A stretch of DNA of 64,000 bases from Solirubrobacterales bacterium (GTDB taxonomy: Bacteria > Actinomycetota > Thermoleophilia > Solirubrobacterales > 70-9), in NCBI GenBank assembly GCA_036495785.1, contig DASXMH010000087.1, positions 176 through 64,175 on the forward strand, read 5' to 3'. Numbering within the stretch: position 1 is the stretch's first letter; the number at the start of each line of letters is the position of its first letter. The notes beneath the pieces were generated by a model. It worked only from the letters and a program-made list of their open reading frames with translations, did not search any database and had not been told where the DNA came from. Both the position numbers and the translations under genes were made by a program. Below, piece after piece: positions 1 to 8,749 of the stretch.

Positions 1-2
1 TC

Positions 3-995
3 TTCGCCCTCTGGCTGGCGGTCACGAACACCGCACACGGCGGCATCGCCTTCTTCTACGCGGTGCCGGTCGGGCTGGTGACCTGGTGGTTCGGCTGGAA
101 GGCCGGCGCCTTCGCCGCCGTCGCCGCGGTCGGCCTCTACGCGATCGGCGCCGCGATCGAGCCGGTCGAAGAATTCTGGTTCGCGGCGATGGTGCGGGCG
201 ATCCTCTTCGGCCTCATCGTCGTCCTGGTCGACGGGGCGCGCCGCCGGGTCCTCGTGCTCGAGCACTCGGCCGAAGACCTCGAGGTGATCCGCAGCGCCC
301 TGACCCCGGCCGCCCTTCCCGCCGCCGAGGGCCTCGACGTCGCCGCGGCCTTCGTCCCCTCCCGCCACGGCGTCTCCGGCGACTTCTACCTGATCGCCCA
401 CCCGCCCGACGGATCGACGGTGGCGGTCGTCGGCGACGTCGTCGGGCGCGGGCCGGTCGCGGCGCGCCTGGCGACCTTCGTCCGCGCCCAGCTGGCCTCC
501 TTCGCCGCCAACACCGGCGACCCGATCGAGATCCTCCAGATGGCCAACGCGGCCCTGATCGAGCGCTCCGCCGACGGCAAGGAACTGGTCAGCGCCGTCT
601 GCATGCACTTCGACCGCGAGGGCGCCGAGATGACCTGCGCGATCGCCGGGCACCCGCCGCCGCTGCTGCTGCCGGACCTCACCGAGGTCGTGCCGGCCGG
701 GCACACCACCCTGCTCGGCGTGCAGAGCTCGCTGTCGGTCTCGACCGCCGAGCTCCGCCTGACCGGCCGGGCCGGCGTCCTCGCCTACACCGACGGCGCC
801 ACCGACCTCCGCCGCGGCGGCTCCCTGCTCGGCCTCGACGGGCTGACACGGGCACTCGCGCCACTGGTCGACCTACCCGCCGCCCCCTTCGCGACCGACG
901 CCAAAAGCTGCCTGCTCGAGCTGGGCGACAAACCACTCCCGGACGACGTCTGCCTGCTCATCCTGCGCCCCACCGACGCCACCGCGACGGTCTGA
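3..995 (+). CDS. PP2C/SpoIIE-family protein phosphatase with N-terminal membrane segments; 5' end open to the window edge
   Basis: The ORF 63..995 translation has a hydrophobic N-terminus followed by SpoIIE/PP2C hallmarks (GVSGDFY, GDVVGRGPVAA, AYTDGATD). There is no stop in frame between nt 3 and 63. Confidence 0.75.
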   Translation, partial: FALWLAVTNTAHGGIAFFYAVPVGLVTWWFGWKAGAFAAVAAVGLYAIGAAIEPVEEFWFAAMVRAILFGLIVVLVDGARRRVLVLEHSAEDLEVIRSALTPAALPAAEGLDVAAAFVPSRHGVSGDFYLIAHPPDGSTVAVVGDVVGRGPVAARLATFVRAQLASFAANTGDPIEILQMANAALIERSADGKELVSAVCMHFDREGAEMTCAIAGHPPPLLLPDLTEVVPAGHTTLLGVQSSLSVSTAELRLTGRAGVLAYTDGATDLRRGGSLLGLDGLTRALAPLVDLPAAPFATDAKSCLLELGDKPLPDDVCLLILRPTDATATV

Positions 996-1028
996 GCCGG
1001 CGGGCGCCCGATCCCGGGAATGGGGGGG

Positions 1029-1199
1029 CTCGCCGCCGTGCGCGTTCAGGTCGCCCTGCTTGTCGCCGTCGATATTCAGCCGGCGCACCATCCGCGGTTC
1101 GTCGACCGGGTCCTTCCAGATCGCCGTGTGGACGGTCCGCCCCTGCCAGGCGACGTCGCGGGGCAGCCCGACGTTGACCGAGAGGAGCTTGCCGACCGC
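1029..1199 (-). pseudogene. MOSC-domain (YiiM-like) gene, N-terminal ~57-codon fragment only
   Basis: The segment VGKLLSVNVGLPRDVAWQGRTVHTAIWKDPVDEPRMVRRLNIDGDKQGDLNAHGGE inside ORF 873..1424(-) matches the start of MOSC proteins. The similarity stops where the ORF runs antisense into the phosphatase gene. Confidence 0.45.
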
Positions 1200-1296
1200 C
1201 CGCCCTCCTTCGAACCGGAACTGGTGACGGTGACGATCGACGGCGAGCGGCTGGAGCCCGAGCGCAGCCCGGTCACCCCACCCGGCTCGGCTTGAT

Positions 1297-1397
1297 CCGT
1301 CGCCGACTACGCGACCTTCGCCGAGTTCGCCGACCCTGACGGGCACTGCTGGGTGCTGCAGAAGATCGGCTCTCGGAGCGGTCCCCAGGCTGCCTGA
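1297..1397 (+). pseudogene. VOC/glyoxalase-family gene, C-terminal fragment only
   Basis: A 33-codon open frame ends ...ATFAEFADPDGHCWVLQKIGSRSGPQAA*, which is the typical VOC C-terminal strand (F.DPDG..W.LQ). It has no start codon and no upstream domain. Confidence 0.4.
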
Positions 1398-1538
1398 CCG
1401 GTGGCCGGGCGCCGCCGCTACCAACTATTCGAAACGAAGTAGGCCGGGGGTGGCCGGCCCCGATCACCGCTGGTACGTTCGGTTTACCAGGGTGCTACGG
1501 GCAGGGTCTCGGCAACTGAAAGCCACTGAAAGGCCCGC

Positions 1539-2849
1539 ATGACTCGCAATCGTCTCGTTCTTCTGATCGCCGCTGCCGCGGCGCTGTCTCTGCTGCTGTC
1601 GTCGCAGGCTTCGGCAGCTGTCACCCCGCTGCCGCCGAGCCCCGAATCGGCGAAAAAAGCCGGCGAAGCGATCCTCGAGGTGCCGGAACAGCTGATCAGC
1701 GCCGAACTCCCCGAATATGCCTTCGGCGGCGTCGAACCGGGAGCCTCACCGCTCGGCGTCGGCGACAGCAGCACGCCGCTGACCGGCTTCCCGACCTTCG
1801 GCAGCACCTGGGCGATCCTCTCCAGCGGCAACATGGAATCGGTTGCCACCGACCATGAACAGAGCGCTCCGGAACCGGAAGTCTCGTATGCCTACGGCAG
1901 CGAGGCCAGTCCAAACCCGGCGGCCCGCGGCGACGCGCGCGACTGGACCGTCCTCAAGCTCAACGTGAACGTCCCGGGCGGGGACAACTGCGCCGCGCTC
2001 GACTATCGCTTCCTCTCCGAGGAGTTCCCGAACTTCGTCGGTTCGGAGTTCAACGACGCGTTCATCGCCGAAGTCGACGCCAATAGCTGGAGCGTCAATG
2101 AAGACGGTTCCCTGGTCCGTCCGTCCGACTTCGCCGCCTCTCCCGAAGGCGAGCCGATCTCGGTCGACGGCGTCGGGCCGACCGCGATGAGCCCGGCCGA
2201 GGCCGAAGGCACCTACTTCAACGCGGCGACCGGCCTGATCACGACCAAGACGCCGGTCGCCGAAGGGCCGAACTCGATCTACCTCTCGATCTTCGACGCC
2301 TCCGACGAAATCCTCGACTCGGCCGTCTTCCTCGACAACCTGCGCTTCATCAACGAGAGCCCGGCGACCTGCAAGCCGCCGGTCGGAGCGCAGCTGGCGA
2401 TCCCGGTGAGTCAGCCGGGTTCTCCGCCGCCCCCGCCGAGCAACGCCTTCACGCTCGGCTCGCACGTGAAATTCAAGGGCGGCTTCGAGGCGACCCTCTC
2501 GGTCACCGTCCCGGGGCCGGGAACGGTCTCGGCGAGCTCGACCTCGACCGCCACCGGGTCGGCCCTCTCACTGGCCACCGGCACCGCCCGGGCGAGCGCC
2601 GTCAAAGGCAAAGGCAAAGCGAAAGGCAAGAAGAAGCCGGTTCTGCTCCCGGCCAGCGTCCAGGCAACCGCGGCCGGCACCGTGCAGATCACCGTCAAGC
2701 TGAGCTCCACCGGCAAGAAGCTGCTGCTGAAACAGCACAAGCTGACCGTACCGGTGACGGTGAGCTTCACGCCGACCGGCGGCACCGCCTCGAGTCAGCA
2801 GGTGAAGGTGACCTTCAAGACGAAGGCCAAGAAACACAAGAAGAAATAG
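1539..2849 (+). CDS. secreted protein of unknown function with a Lys-rich C-terminal tail
   Basis: Signal-peptide-like N-terminus (MTRNRLVLLIAAAAALSLLLSSQASAAV), 436 codons, and KGKGKAKGKKK / KTKAKKHKKK tails. The motif DYRFLSEEFPNFVGSEFNDAFIAEVD is reminiscent of choice-of-anchor-type domains, but this is unverified. Confidence 0.65.
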   Translation: MTRNRLVLLIAAAAALSLLLSSQASAAVTPLPPSPESAKKAGEAILEVPEQLISAELPEYAFGGVEPGASPLGVGDSSTPLTGFPTFGSTWAILSSGNMESVATDHEQSAPEPEVSYAYGSEASPNPAARGDARDWTVLKLNVNVPGGDNCAALDYRFLSEEFPNFVGSEFNDAFIAEVDANSWSVNEDGSLVRPSDFAASPEGEPISVDGVGPTAMSPAEAEGTYFNAATGLITTKTPVAEGPNSIYLSIFDASDEILDSAVFLDNLRFINESPATCKPPVGAQLAIPVSQPGSPPPPPSNAFTLGSHVKFKGGFEATLSVTVPGPGTVSASSTSTATGSALSLATGTARASAVKGKGKAKGKKKPVLLPASVQATAAGTVQITVKLSSTGKKLLLKQHKLTVPVTVSFTPTGGTASSQQVKVTFKTKAKKHKKK

Positions 2850-2881
2850 GGATCAGCCGGCGGAGGGCCGGCGATAGGATG

Positions 2882-2921
2882 GGCCCGCCGCTCAAAGGGT
2901 GGAAGAGCGACGGGCCTTTTT
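2882..2921 (+). terminator. Rho-independent terminator-like hairpin between convergent genes
   Basis: ggcccgccgctc / gagcgacgggcc forms a 12-bp stem with one mismatch and an 11-nt loop, followed by ttttt. Confidence 0.6.
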
Positions 2922-2986
2922 CTGGAATCGCGGCCTACCTGCGGTAGGTCGCCTCGACGGCCGACGTCTCGTTTCGGCCGCCAAGC

Positions 2987-4435
2987 TCATTCGCCGTGGG
3001 TGATCTTTCCGACCACGTAGGCGGCCACGTTGGTGATTTCATCTTCGGAGAGGACGCCTTTGAACGGGGGCATCCCGCCGCCGCCGTTGGTCACCTGTTT
3101 GACCACACCGGCTTCGGTTTTGGCGAGCGGCATCGTCCGCAGGTCCGGACCGCCGTTGCCGCCGTGACCGGTGGCGCCGTGGCAGGTCGAGCAGTTTTCG
3201 GCGAAGGCTTCGCCTCCGGCGGTCACGTCGCCCGCGCCGCCGGCCGCGGCTTCTTCACCGCCTTCGGCTTCTTCGGCTTCTTTCTCGCCTGCGTGTTTGG
3301 TGCCTTCGGCCTCCTCTTCGGTGCCTTTCAGCTCGCCCATCGTGCCGTTCAGCGAGAAGACCCAGAAGTTTTCACCGTGCGGGGTCGCCGCCAGCGAGTT
3401 GCCGCCCGAGTAGATGGCGACCTTCTCTTCGCCTTCGTCTTCGAAGACGGTGACCGTGGTGTTGGCGCCGGCGCCGGTCTGGAAGTGCCAGAGCTTTTCA
3501 CCGGTTTCCGAGTTGAACGCCTGCAGTTCGCCGTTGTCCTGGCCGACGAAGACGAGCCCGCCGGCGGTGGTCACGGCTCCGGAGTAACACGATTCCGGGA
3601 ATTTGTCCTGCCAGGCGATCTTGCCCGTGCTCATGTCATAGGCGGTGAGGAAGCCGGGCGTGTTGGACCCGGAGGCGGTGATGCTGTCGGAGCCGATGTA
3701 CGTTTCGCCTTCTTTGTACTTCTGTTCGTTCGGGGGGACGATCAACCCGAGGACGCCGCTCTGCGAACAGACGTAGTACATGTCCTTTTCGGGGTCGAAG
3801 GACGAGGGCGGCCAGTTGTCGCCGCCGACCGCGGCGTTGGCGACCACGTTCATCACGTTCGGGTCGCTGCTCATCGGGGTGAAGTCCGGGACGCCGACCA
3901 CCTTCGGCTTCGGGTGGTCGCCGGAGACGCCTTCGGCCGATTTCTTGACCGCCGAGGGGAGCGGCTTCCCGACCGGGCTGAACGGTTCCATCGTCGGCTC
4001 GGGCTGGGTCGGGAAGGTCTTCTGCGACGGGTCCTGGGGGACCTTCACCTCGGGGATCGGATAGATCGGCTTGCAGGTCTTCTGGTCGACCAGGTAGACC
4101 CAACCGGTCTTCTCCGGCTCGCCGACCGCTTCGACCATTTCGCCGTTCATTTCCCCGTTGAAGAGGACGGTCGGGCTCGGTGCGTCGTAGTCCCAGAGGT
4201 CGTGGTGGACCATCTGGAAGTGACACTGGTATTCGCCGGTTTCGGCGTTCAGCGCCACGATCGAGGCGGTGAAGAGGTTTTCCCCTTCGCGCTTCGCCCC
4301 GACCCACGGCGCCGCGTTCGAGGTGGAGAAGAAGAGCTCGCCCGTCTTCGGGTTGACGGTCGGCGTGTTCCAGATCGAGGCGCCACGGTGTTTGTAGGAG
4401 CCGTTGTCCGGCCAGGTGTCGCCGCCCGTTTCACT
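2987..4435 (-). CDS. PQQ-dependent dehydrogenase (quinohaemoprotein type, C-terminal cytochrome c domain), apparently 5'-truncated
   Basis: Beta-propeller motifs are present (GASIWNTPTVNPKTGELFFSTSNAAPW, HHDLWDYD, repeated W-blades) with a C-terminal CSTCHG haem site. Similarity starts at about aa 109 of ORF 2987..4759, and the upstream part of the ORF is not protein-like. The nearest in-frame GTG is at 4507. Confidence 0.7.
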   Translation of the reverse strand, partial: SETGGDTWPDNGSYKHRGASIWNTPTVNPKTGELFFSTSNAAPWVGAKREGENLFTASIVALNAETGEYQCHFQMVHHDLWDYDAPSPTVLFNGEMNGEMVEAVGEPEKTGWVYLVDQKTCKPIYPIPEVKVPQDPSQKTFPTQPEPTMEPFSPVGKPLPSAVKKSAEGVSGDHPKPKVVGVPDFTPMSSDPNVMNVVANAAVGGDNWPPSSFDPEKDMYYVCSQSGVLGLIVPPNEQKYKEGETYIGSDSITASGSNTPGFLTAYDMSTGKIAWQDKFPESCYSGAVTTAGGLVFVGQDNGELQAFNSETGEKLWHFQTGAGANTTVTVFEDEGEEKVAIYSGGNSLAATPHGENFWVFSLNGTMGELKGTEEEAEGTKHAGEKEAEEAEGGEEAAAGGAGDVTAGGEAFAENCSTCHGATGHGGNGGPDLRTMPLAKTEAGVVKQVTNGGGGMPPFKGVLSEDEITNVAAYVVGKITHGE

Positions 4436-4741
4436 CGGCGACGGCGTGGTCCAGAAGCACCGCGAAGCCGGTAGCTCCCCATTGAGACGAAACCTCCCTG
4501 CGCCCACGCACGCGGCGGGCGTGACTAATTTTCCCGATCCAAGCCCTCGAATACTGGACGCCGGAGAATATACAGGAGGGCACGGACCTGGACGCCTGTC
4601 CCAGATGAAACGTCGCCTGCGCGCTGGATGGTTGCTTCCATGGCCGGCCCGGCACGTCCTGCAGCAGGACATCGTCGTCCGGCCCGCGAGCGCGCCCTGG
4701 GCGCCTGCGGCGTTCCGGCCCGGGCCCGGCCCCCGAAGTGC

Positions 4742-4966
4742 GTTCGCACTTAACGCCACATATTGTCGTTAAGTGCGAACGCGCCGGCCGGGCCCTCTGA
4801 AGAGTTCGCAGCTAGCGCCACATATTGTCGTCAAGTGCGAACGCACCGGCCGGGCCCTCTGAAGAGTTCGCAGTTGGCGACGTCATTTGTCGTCAACTGC
4901 GAACGCACCGGCCGGGGCCCCCTGTGAGTTCGCAGTTATCTGCGCTATGCGACGAGAACTGCGAAC
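4742..4966. repeat. tandem array of 4 units (62, 62, 63 nt periods), each a GTTCGCA...TGCGAAC hairpin plus a conserved GC-rich spacer
   Basis: Units start at 4742, 4804, 4866 and 4929. Unit 1 has a perfect 14-bp inverted repeat (gttcgcacttaacg / cgttaagtgcgaac). The conserved spacer is gc(g/a)ccggccgggccctctgaaga. Confidence 0.85.
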
Positions 4967-5032
4967 TCATCGCGGGGGGGCGTGACGGAAGCGGCCCCGG
5001 ACCGTCCCGGGATACGCGCAAGGCCGCGCAGG

Positions 5033-6433
5033 CTACTTCTTCTTCGTCTGTACCGGGCACTGCTTTGGGTGCCCGCTGTGGAAGTAGCAGTGGTCGTTGA
5101 CCCAGTGGACGGCGTAGTGGACGCCGGCGAGGACGACGTTGTGGCGGATCGCGTAGAAGACGGTGATCCGGCCGAAGTAGTCGTTGGGGCCCTGGAACCA
5201 GGTGACGCCGCACTTGAGGCGGGCCTTGGCGAGGCGGCTGCAGCGAATCGTCCGTTCCTGGCCGTGCTGGAAGCGCGGGCCGAAGGCTTCTTCCATCACC
5301 AGGGCGCTCAGTTCTTCGGAGCGTTCGCGGGTCAGGGTCGGGATGTGGGCCTTGGGGACCTCGATCTTCGGCATCGGCCCGCCCGCTTCGACCGCGTCGA
5401 TCCAGCTCTGCACCCATGAGGAGATCTGGTCGACCCGGGTGAATACCGCCGGGCTGGTCGGATTGCAGGAGCCGTCGCCGAGGCTGGTGACGCCGACCTC
5501 GACCATGCTGCCGTCGGGGCGGGTGGCGAACGCCGGGCCGCCCGAGTCGCCGTGGCAGGTGGTGATGTGGAAGTGCGGCGCGTCGAGGGCGCAGACCTGG
5601 CGGGTCGGTTGGAAGAAGGGGTAGAAGCGGCGCGTGCCTTCCTTGCAGCGCGAAGCTTCCTCGACCGGCACGGTCGCCGCCTGCAGCTGGTTGGGGGCGT
5701 GGCCGGTGGCACGGTCGTCGATTCCCCAGCCGGCCACCGTGAGCTGGTCGCCCGCTTCGTAGAGCGCCGCGTCGGCGGCCGTGGCGAGCGGGGTCGGCGG
5801 CGCGCTCACCGGCGCCGAGAGGATCAGCAGGCCCGCATCCCCCTGCAGCTTGCTCGGGTCGAAGCCTGGGTAGGCGAGCACCTGTTCGACTTCGCTGACG
5901 TTCGCGGTCGCGATCTTCTGCAGGTTGGAGACGCCGGTGGCGACGGCGATCAGGCCCGGCTCGACGATCGAGCTCGATTCGATGTCCTCGACGCAGTGGC
6001 CGGCGGTGAGGACGACGCGAGGCGCGACGACGGTGCCGGTGCAGGCGTAGCCGGCCGTCGCCTGGACGCCTTCGATGAAGGCCAGTGAGGGATATTTTTC
6101 GATCGTCGCGTTGTGGCCGCCGATCACCGAGGCGGTCGCCTTCGGGGTCGCGGACGCGGCGCCGTGCGCGGACGCGGCGCCGTGCGCGGACGCGGCGCCG
6201 TCCCCGGCTCCGGGCGCGGCGGCCGCGGTCGCCGCCACGACCAGCGAGGCGAGCAGCGCGAGGGCCGCGAGGAGTGGCCATCTGGCCCATATGCGGTTTG
6301 CCGATTGCTCCACCCGCGGACGCCGGACGTTAGCGGAATCAATGGCGGGCGCCGGCTCGCCGCCGTGCTTGCAACTACGGGCGGGCGGTGCGGAAGGTTC
6401 GGCGACCCTCCGCAAGATCTGTTCGCTCAACAT
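5033..6433 (-). CDS. secreted trypsin-like (S1) serine protease with a ~150-aa C-terminal extension; exact start uncertain
   Basis: The translation contains VIGGHNA, TAGHCV (His), DAGLLIL (Asp) and CHGDSGGP (Ser), with a signal-like WPLLAALALLASLVVAATAAAAP. Confidence 0.85.
   Translation of the reverse strand: MLSEQILRRVAEPSAPPARSCKHGGEPAPAIDSANVRRPRVEQSANRIWARWPLLAALALLASLVVAATAAAAPGAGDGAASAHGAASAHGAASATPKATASVIGGHNATIEKYPSLAFIEGVQATAGYACTGTVVAPRVVLTAGHCVEDIESSSIVEPGLIAVATGVSNLQKIATANVSEVEQVLAYPGFDPSKLQGDAGLLILSAPVSAPPTPLATAADAALYEAGDQLTVAGWGIDDRATGHAPNQLQAATVPVEEASRCKEGTRRFYPFFQPTRQVCALDAPHFHITTCHGDSGGPAFATRPDGSMVEVGVTSLGDGSCNPTSPAVFTRVDQISSWVQSWIDAVEAGGPMPKIEVPKAHIPTLTRERSEELSALVMEEAFGPRFQHGQERTIRCSRLAKARLKCGVTWFQGPNDYFGRITVFYAIRHNVVLAGVHYAVHWVNDHCYFHSGHPKQCPVQTKKK
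6151..6202 (-). repeat. 18-bp in-frame tandem repeat (about 2.9 copies) inside the protease gene
   Basis: The unit cggacgcggcgccgtgcg occurs at 6151, 6169 and 6187. It encodes GAASAH GAASAH GAASA just after the signal peptide. Confidence 0.8.
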
Positions 6434-6479
6434 CGTTTACTAAGCATCCCGGGAACTTCCAAGCCCTGGAGCCAAGCCG

Positions 6480-7073
6480 ATGTTGAAAAGCGATCTCTCA
6501 CGCGTCCAAGCCGTCCGAGCGAAACTGCGCCACCGGGACGCCGAAGTCATCCCATTCCGCAAGTCGCAGGTCAGGATCGACGGCGAAATCGACGGCGGTG
6601 GGCGCCTCGAAATCGGGTTCCGCTGGCCCGGCAACTTCTTCGAACCCACCAGCTTCATCGTCGACGATGGCGGCAGATGCACGGTCAACGGGAACTTCAA
6701 GATCGCCGGCGGCGGCTCGATCGTGGTCGGCCCCGACGGCCACCTCGACCTCAAAGGCGGCATCGGCATCAACAACCGGGGCACGCTCTCCTGCTTCGAG
6801 CGCGTCACGATCGGCGTCGACGCCCACATCGGCCCCGAAGTCCTGATCCGCGACAGCGACTCCCACACCACCGGCGAAGGCCATACCCCGACCAAGCCGA
6901 TCACGATCGGCGATCACGTCTGGATCGGCGCCCGCGCGATCATCCTCAAAGGCGTGACGATCGGCGAGGGAGCCGTCGTCGCCGCAGGCTCTATCGTCAC
7001 CAAGGACGTCGAGCCCCGCACCCTCGTCGCCGGCAATCCCGCCCGCTTCATCCGCGCCGCCGACTGGTCCTGA
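6480..7073 (+). CDS. hexapeptide-repeat (LbH) acyl/acetyltransferase, LacA/NodL/CysE-like
   Basis: ITIGDHVWIGARAIILKGVTIGEGAVVAAGSIVTKDVEPRTLVAGNPARFIR is a typical left-handed beta-helix transferase C-terminus. Confidence 0.8.
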   Translation: MLKSDLSRVQAVRAKLRHRDAEVIPFRKSQVRIDGEIDGGGRLEIGFRWPGNFFEPTSFIVDDGGRCTVNGNFKIAGGGSIVVGPDGHLDLKGGIGINNRGTLSCFERVTIGVDAHIGPEVLIRDSDSHTTGEGHTPTKPITIGDHVWIGARAIILKGVTIGEGAVVAAGSIVTKDVEPRTLVAGNPARFIRAADWS

Positions 7074-7101
7074 CGGGCGGACCACGCCCTGAGCCTGTCC
7101 G

Positions 7102-7431
7102 CTACAGGCAGGCGGATATGGGTTCCGGGTCCGCGATCGGAATCCGGTTATGCAGGGTGAACCGCACCCGCTCGCTCGAAACGTCCGCGTCGAGAAGCTT
7201 CTCCTCCAGCGCCTCGACCGCTTCGGCTTCGACGAAGACCGGCGCCTGCGTCAGCACCGCGTCTCCTTCCTGCGGCCCCAGGGCAAGGTCCATGACCACC
7301 GCGGGACCCCGCATCCCGTCCCCGAACCGCTCGACCCCTGTGGTCAGTCGCACGCCTGCCTCGCGTGGCATCCGTCGCGTGGCGAGCATCTCACCGATCG
7401 CGACCGCCGCCACCTTGCTGATCGCCAACAT
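7102..7431 (-). CDS. HesB/IscA-like small protein
   Basis: 109 aa. AGVRL..., VFVEAEAVEALEEKLLDADV and RVRFTL resemble the actinobacterial HesB/IscA-like family. The canonical Cys triad is not evident. Confidence 0.5.
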   Translation of the reverse strand: MLAISKVAAVAIGEMLATRRMPREAGVRLTTGVERFGDGMRGPAVVMDLALGPQEGDAVLTQAPVFVEAEAVEALEEKLLDADVSSERVRFTLHNRIPIADPEPISACL

Positions 7432-7542
7432 GACAGCCCCCTTCCTCGAATCGCCGCTGTCCGTCGGCTGATCTGCCCGAAGGGCGCCTTCTCCAAACCT
7501 AAAAAGATCCTTGGAAGTCGCGCCTCGATCGGGCGGAAGAAA

Positions 7543-7644
7543 GGAAAACGGCTCTGCATTGTGGATGCAGAGCCGTCGCCCTTCATGCGGCTGAATGGAG
7601 TCGAACCATCACGGGTGTTTCCACCCACAAGGCCCTCAATTGCG
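7543..7644 (-). repeat. left direct repeat: displaced 3' half of tRNA-Leu(GAG) (7586..7639) plus its 3'-flanking hairpin; att-like
   Basis: Positions 7586..7639 are identical to 22588..22641 (54 nt, from the tRNA 3' end to the anticodon loop). The flank 7543..7585 matches 22545..22587 with a few mismatches, and includes the hairpin ggctctgcat/atgcagagcc. There is no 5' half of a tRNA. Confidence 0.85.
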
Positions 7645-7721
7645 TGGGTGGGACTGATCTCCGTTCCATTCAGTGATCTGAGGCGATCCTAGCTGTCCTC
7701 AGTTACGGAAGATCGCGGGAA

Positions 7722-7743
7722 ATTGGCCACCAGATTGGCCACC
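7722..7743 (+). repeat. tandem ATTGGCCACC x2 (arm-type-site candidate, left end of the 2 kb remnant)
   Basis: The sequence is attggccacc ag attggccacc, about 82 bp inside the left core copy. Its partner is at 9538..9558. Confidence 0.7.
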
Positions 7744-7794
7744 TTGCGTGTGTCTCATCCCGGTCGGTTCATGCGCAGAGCGCCTAGCACCGAC

Positions 7795-8643
7795 CTAATG
7801 CCGACTGTCCCACGGGGGAGGGTCCCCCTCTGTTAGAACCTCCTCGGCTGCGGCCAGGGAGTCGACCAGAAGCTCGGTGTGCTCATCGAGGCCGAGGCTG
7901 TCCTCGACCAGGTCGAGTAGCCGCGACTTCAACTCGGGGTAGTCGTCCTCGCCGAGCATCCAGCGTGAGCCCCAGATGACCACTTCGCCAAGGACGGTGG
8001 TCGGCATCTCATCGAGGTCTTCGTGGGCGGGGAGCCAGACGAAGAGTTCGCGCATTGCCGCAGCGATCGCCAGTGCCTGCATTTCCAATGCCTCCTTGCG
8101 TCGGTTGGCATCGAAGAGCAGTATCGCGCCTTGGCATAGCTGCCTGGCGCAGGGCGAGTCCCAGCCGAGGACGCCGCTCATGTCCACCAATCGTTGGATC
8201 AGATCCTCATCGCTCTTGCCGCGTGCGGCCATCGCCAAGACGCAGCCGGAGAGATCCTCGGCGAGATTGATCGACGGCTCCTCGCCGCCCTGGCGGATCG
8301 CCTGTCGGTAGCGGCGCTCGGCCTCGCCGTAGCGGCCGGCGCGGTAGGCGAGGCCCGCTAGGCCACCGAGCGCACTCTGCTGCAGGGCCGTGTCACGATG
8401 CTCCCGACCGATCTCAAGCGCTTGGCGATAGTGGCGATCGGCGTCATCGCTACGTCCTTCGTCGACCCGGACCAGCGCCAAGATCGCGGTGGCTGCTCCT
8501 TCGCCTGCGCGATCCGCACGCGCGTGCGCCATACTCAGAGCTATCTGGAGACGCCTTCCAGCCTCCGTGAAGCGACCCCCCTGGCGCTCCACCTCTCCGA
8601 GGTTCATCTGGGCCTGGAACTCAAGCGCGCGGTCCCCGAGCAT
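7795..8643 (-). CDS. TPR-repeat protein
   Basis: 282 aa with repeated A..Y..AL.....G motifs (GRYGEAERRYRQAI, DDADRHYRQALEI, FTEAGRRLQIAL). Confidence 0.65.
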   Translation of the reverse strand: MLGDRALEFQAQMNLGEVERQGGRFTEAGRRLQIALSMAHARADRAGEGAATAILALVRVDEGRSDDADRHYRQALEIGREHRDTALQQSALGGLAGLAYRAGRYGEAERRYRQAIRQGGEEPSINLAEDLSGCVLAMAARGKSDEDLIQRLVDMSGVLGWDSPCARQLCQGAILLFDANRRKEALEMQALAIAAAMRELFVWLPAHEDLDEMPTTVLGEVVIWGSRWMLGEDDYPELKSRLLDLVEDSLGLDEHTELLVDSLAAAEEVLTEGDPPPWDSRH

Positions 8644-8749
8644 CGATGCAAGCGCGCAGATCAGCTGCCGCGGCGGGCAGCTGGTCGGTTCTGCTGAGGG
8701 CCGCTTGGCGCGATACAGAACAGGCTTGTGTAGCTGCTAGGCTGTTCAT

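Noticed and set aside
4742-4966. The hairpin array as a CRISPR array or as a set of LexA boxes (it contains CGAAC and GTTCG).
   Set aside because: The 'spacers' between hairpins are themselves conserved, so it is not CRISPR, and no cas genes are present. The GTTCG...CGAAC half-sites are in the opposite order and spacing from the CGAAC-N4-GTTCG SOS box seen at 22752.
4825-5100. 91-aa ORF crossing the hairpin repeat array into the protease 3' end.
   Set aside because: It is composed largely of repeat units and overlaps the protease stop region, so it is almost certainly an artefact of the repeats.
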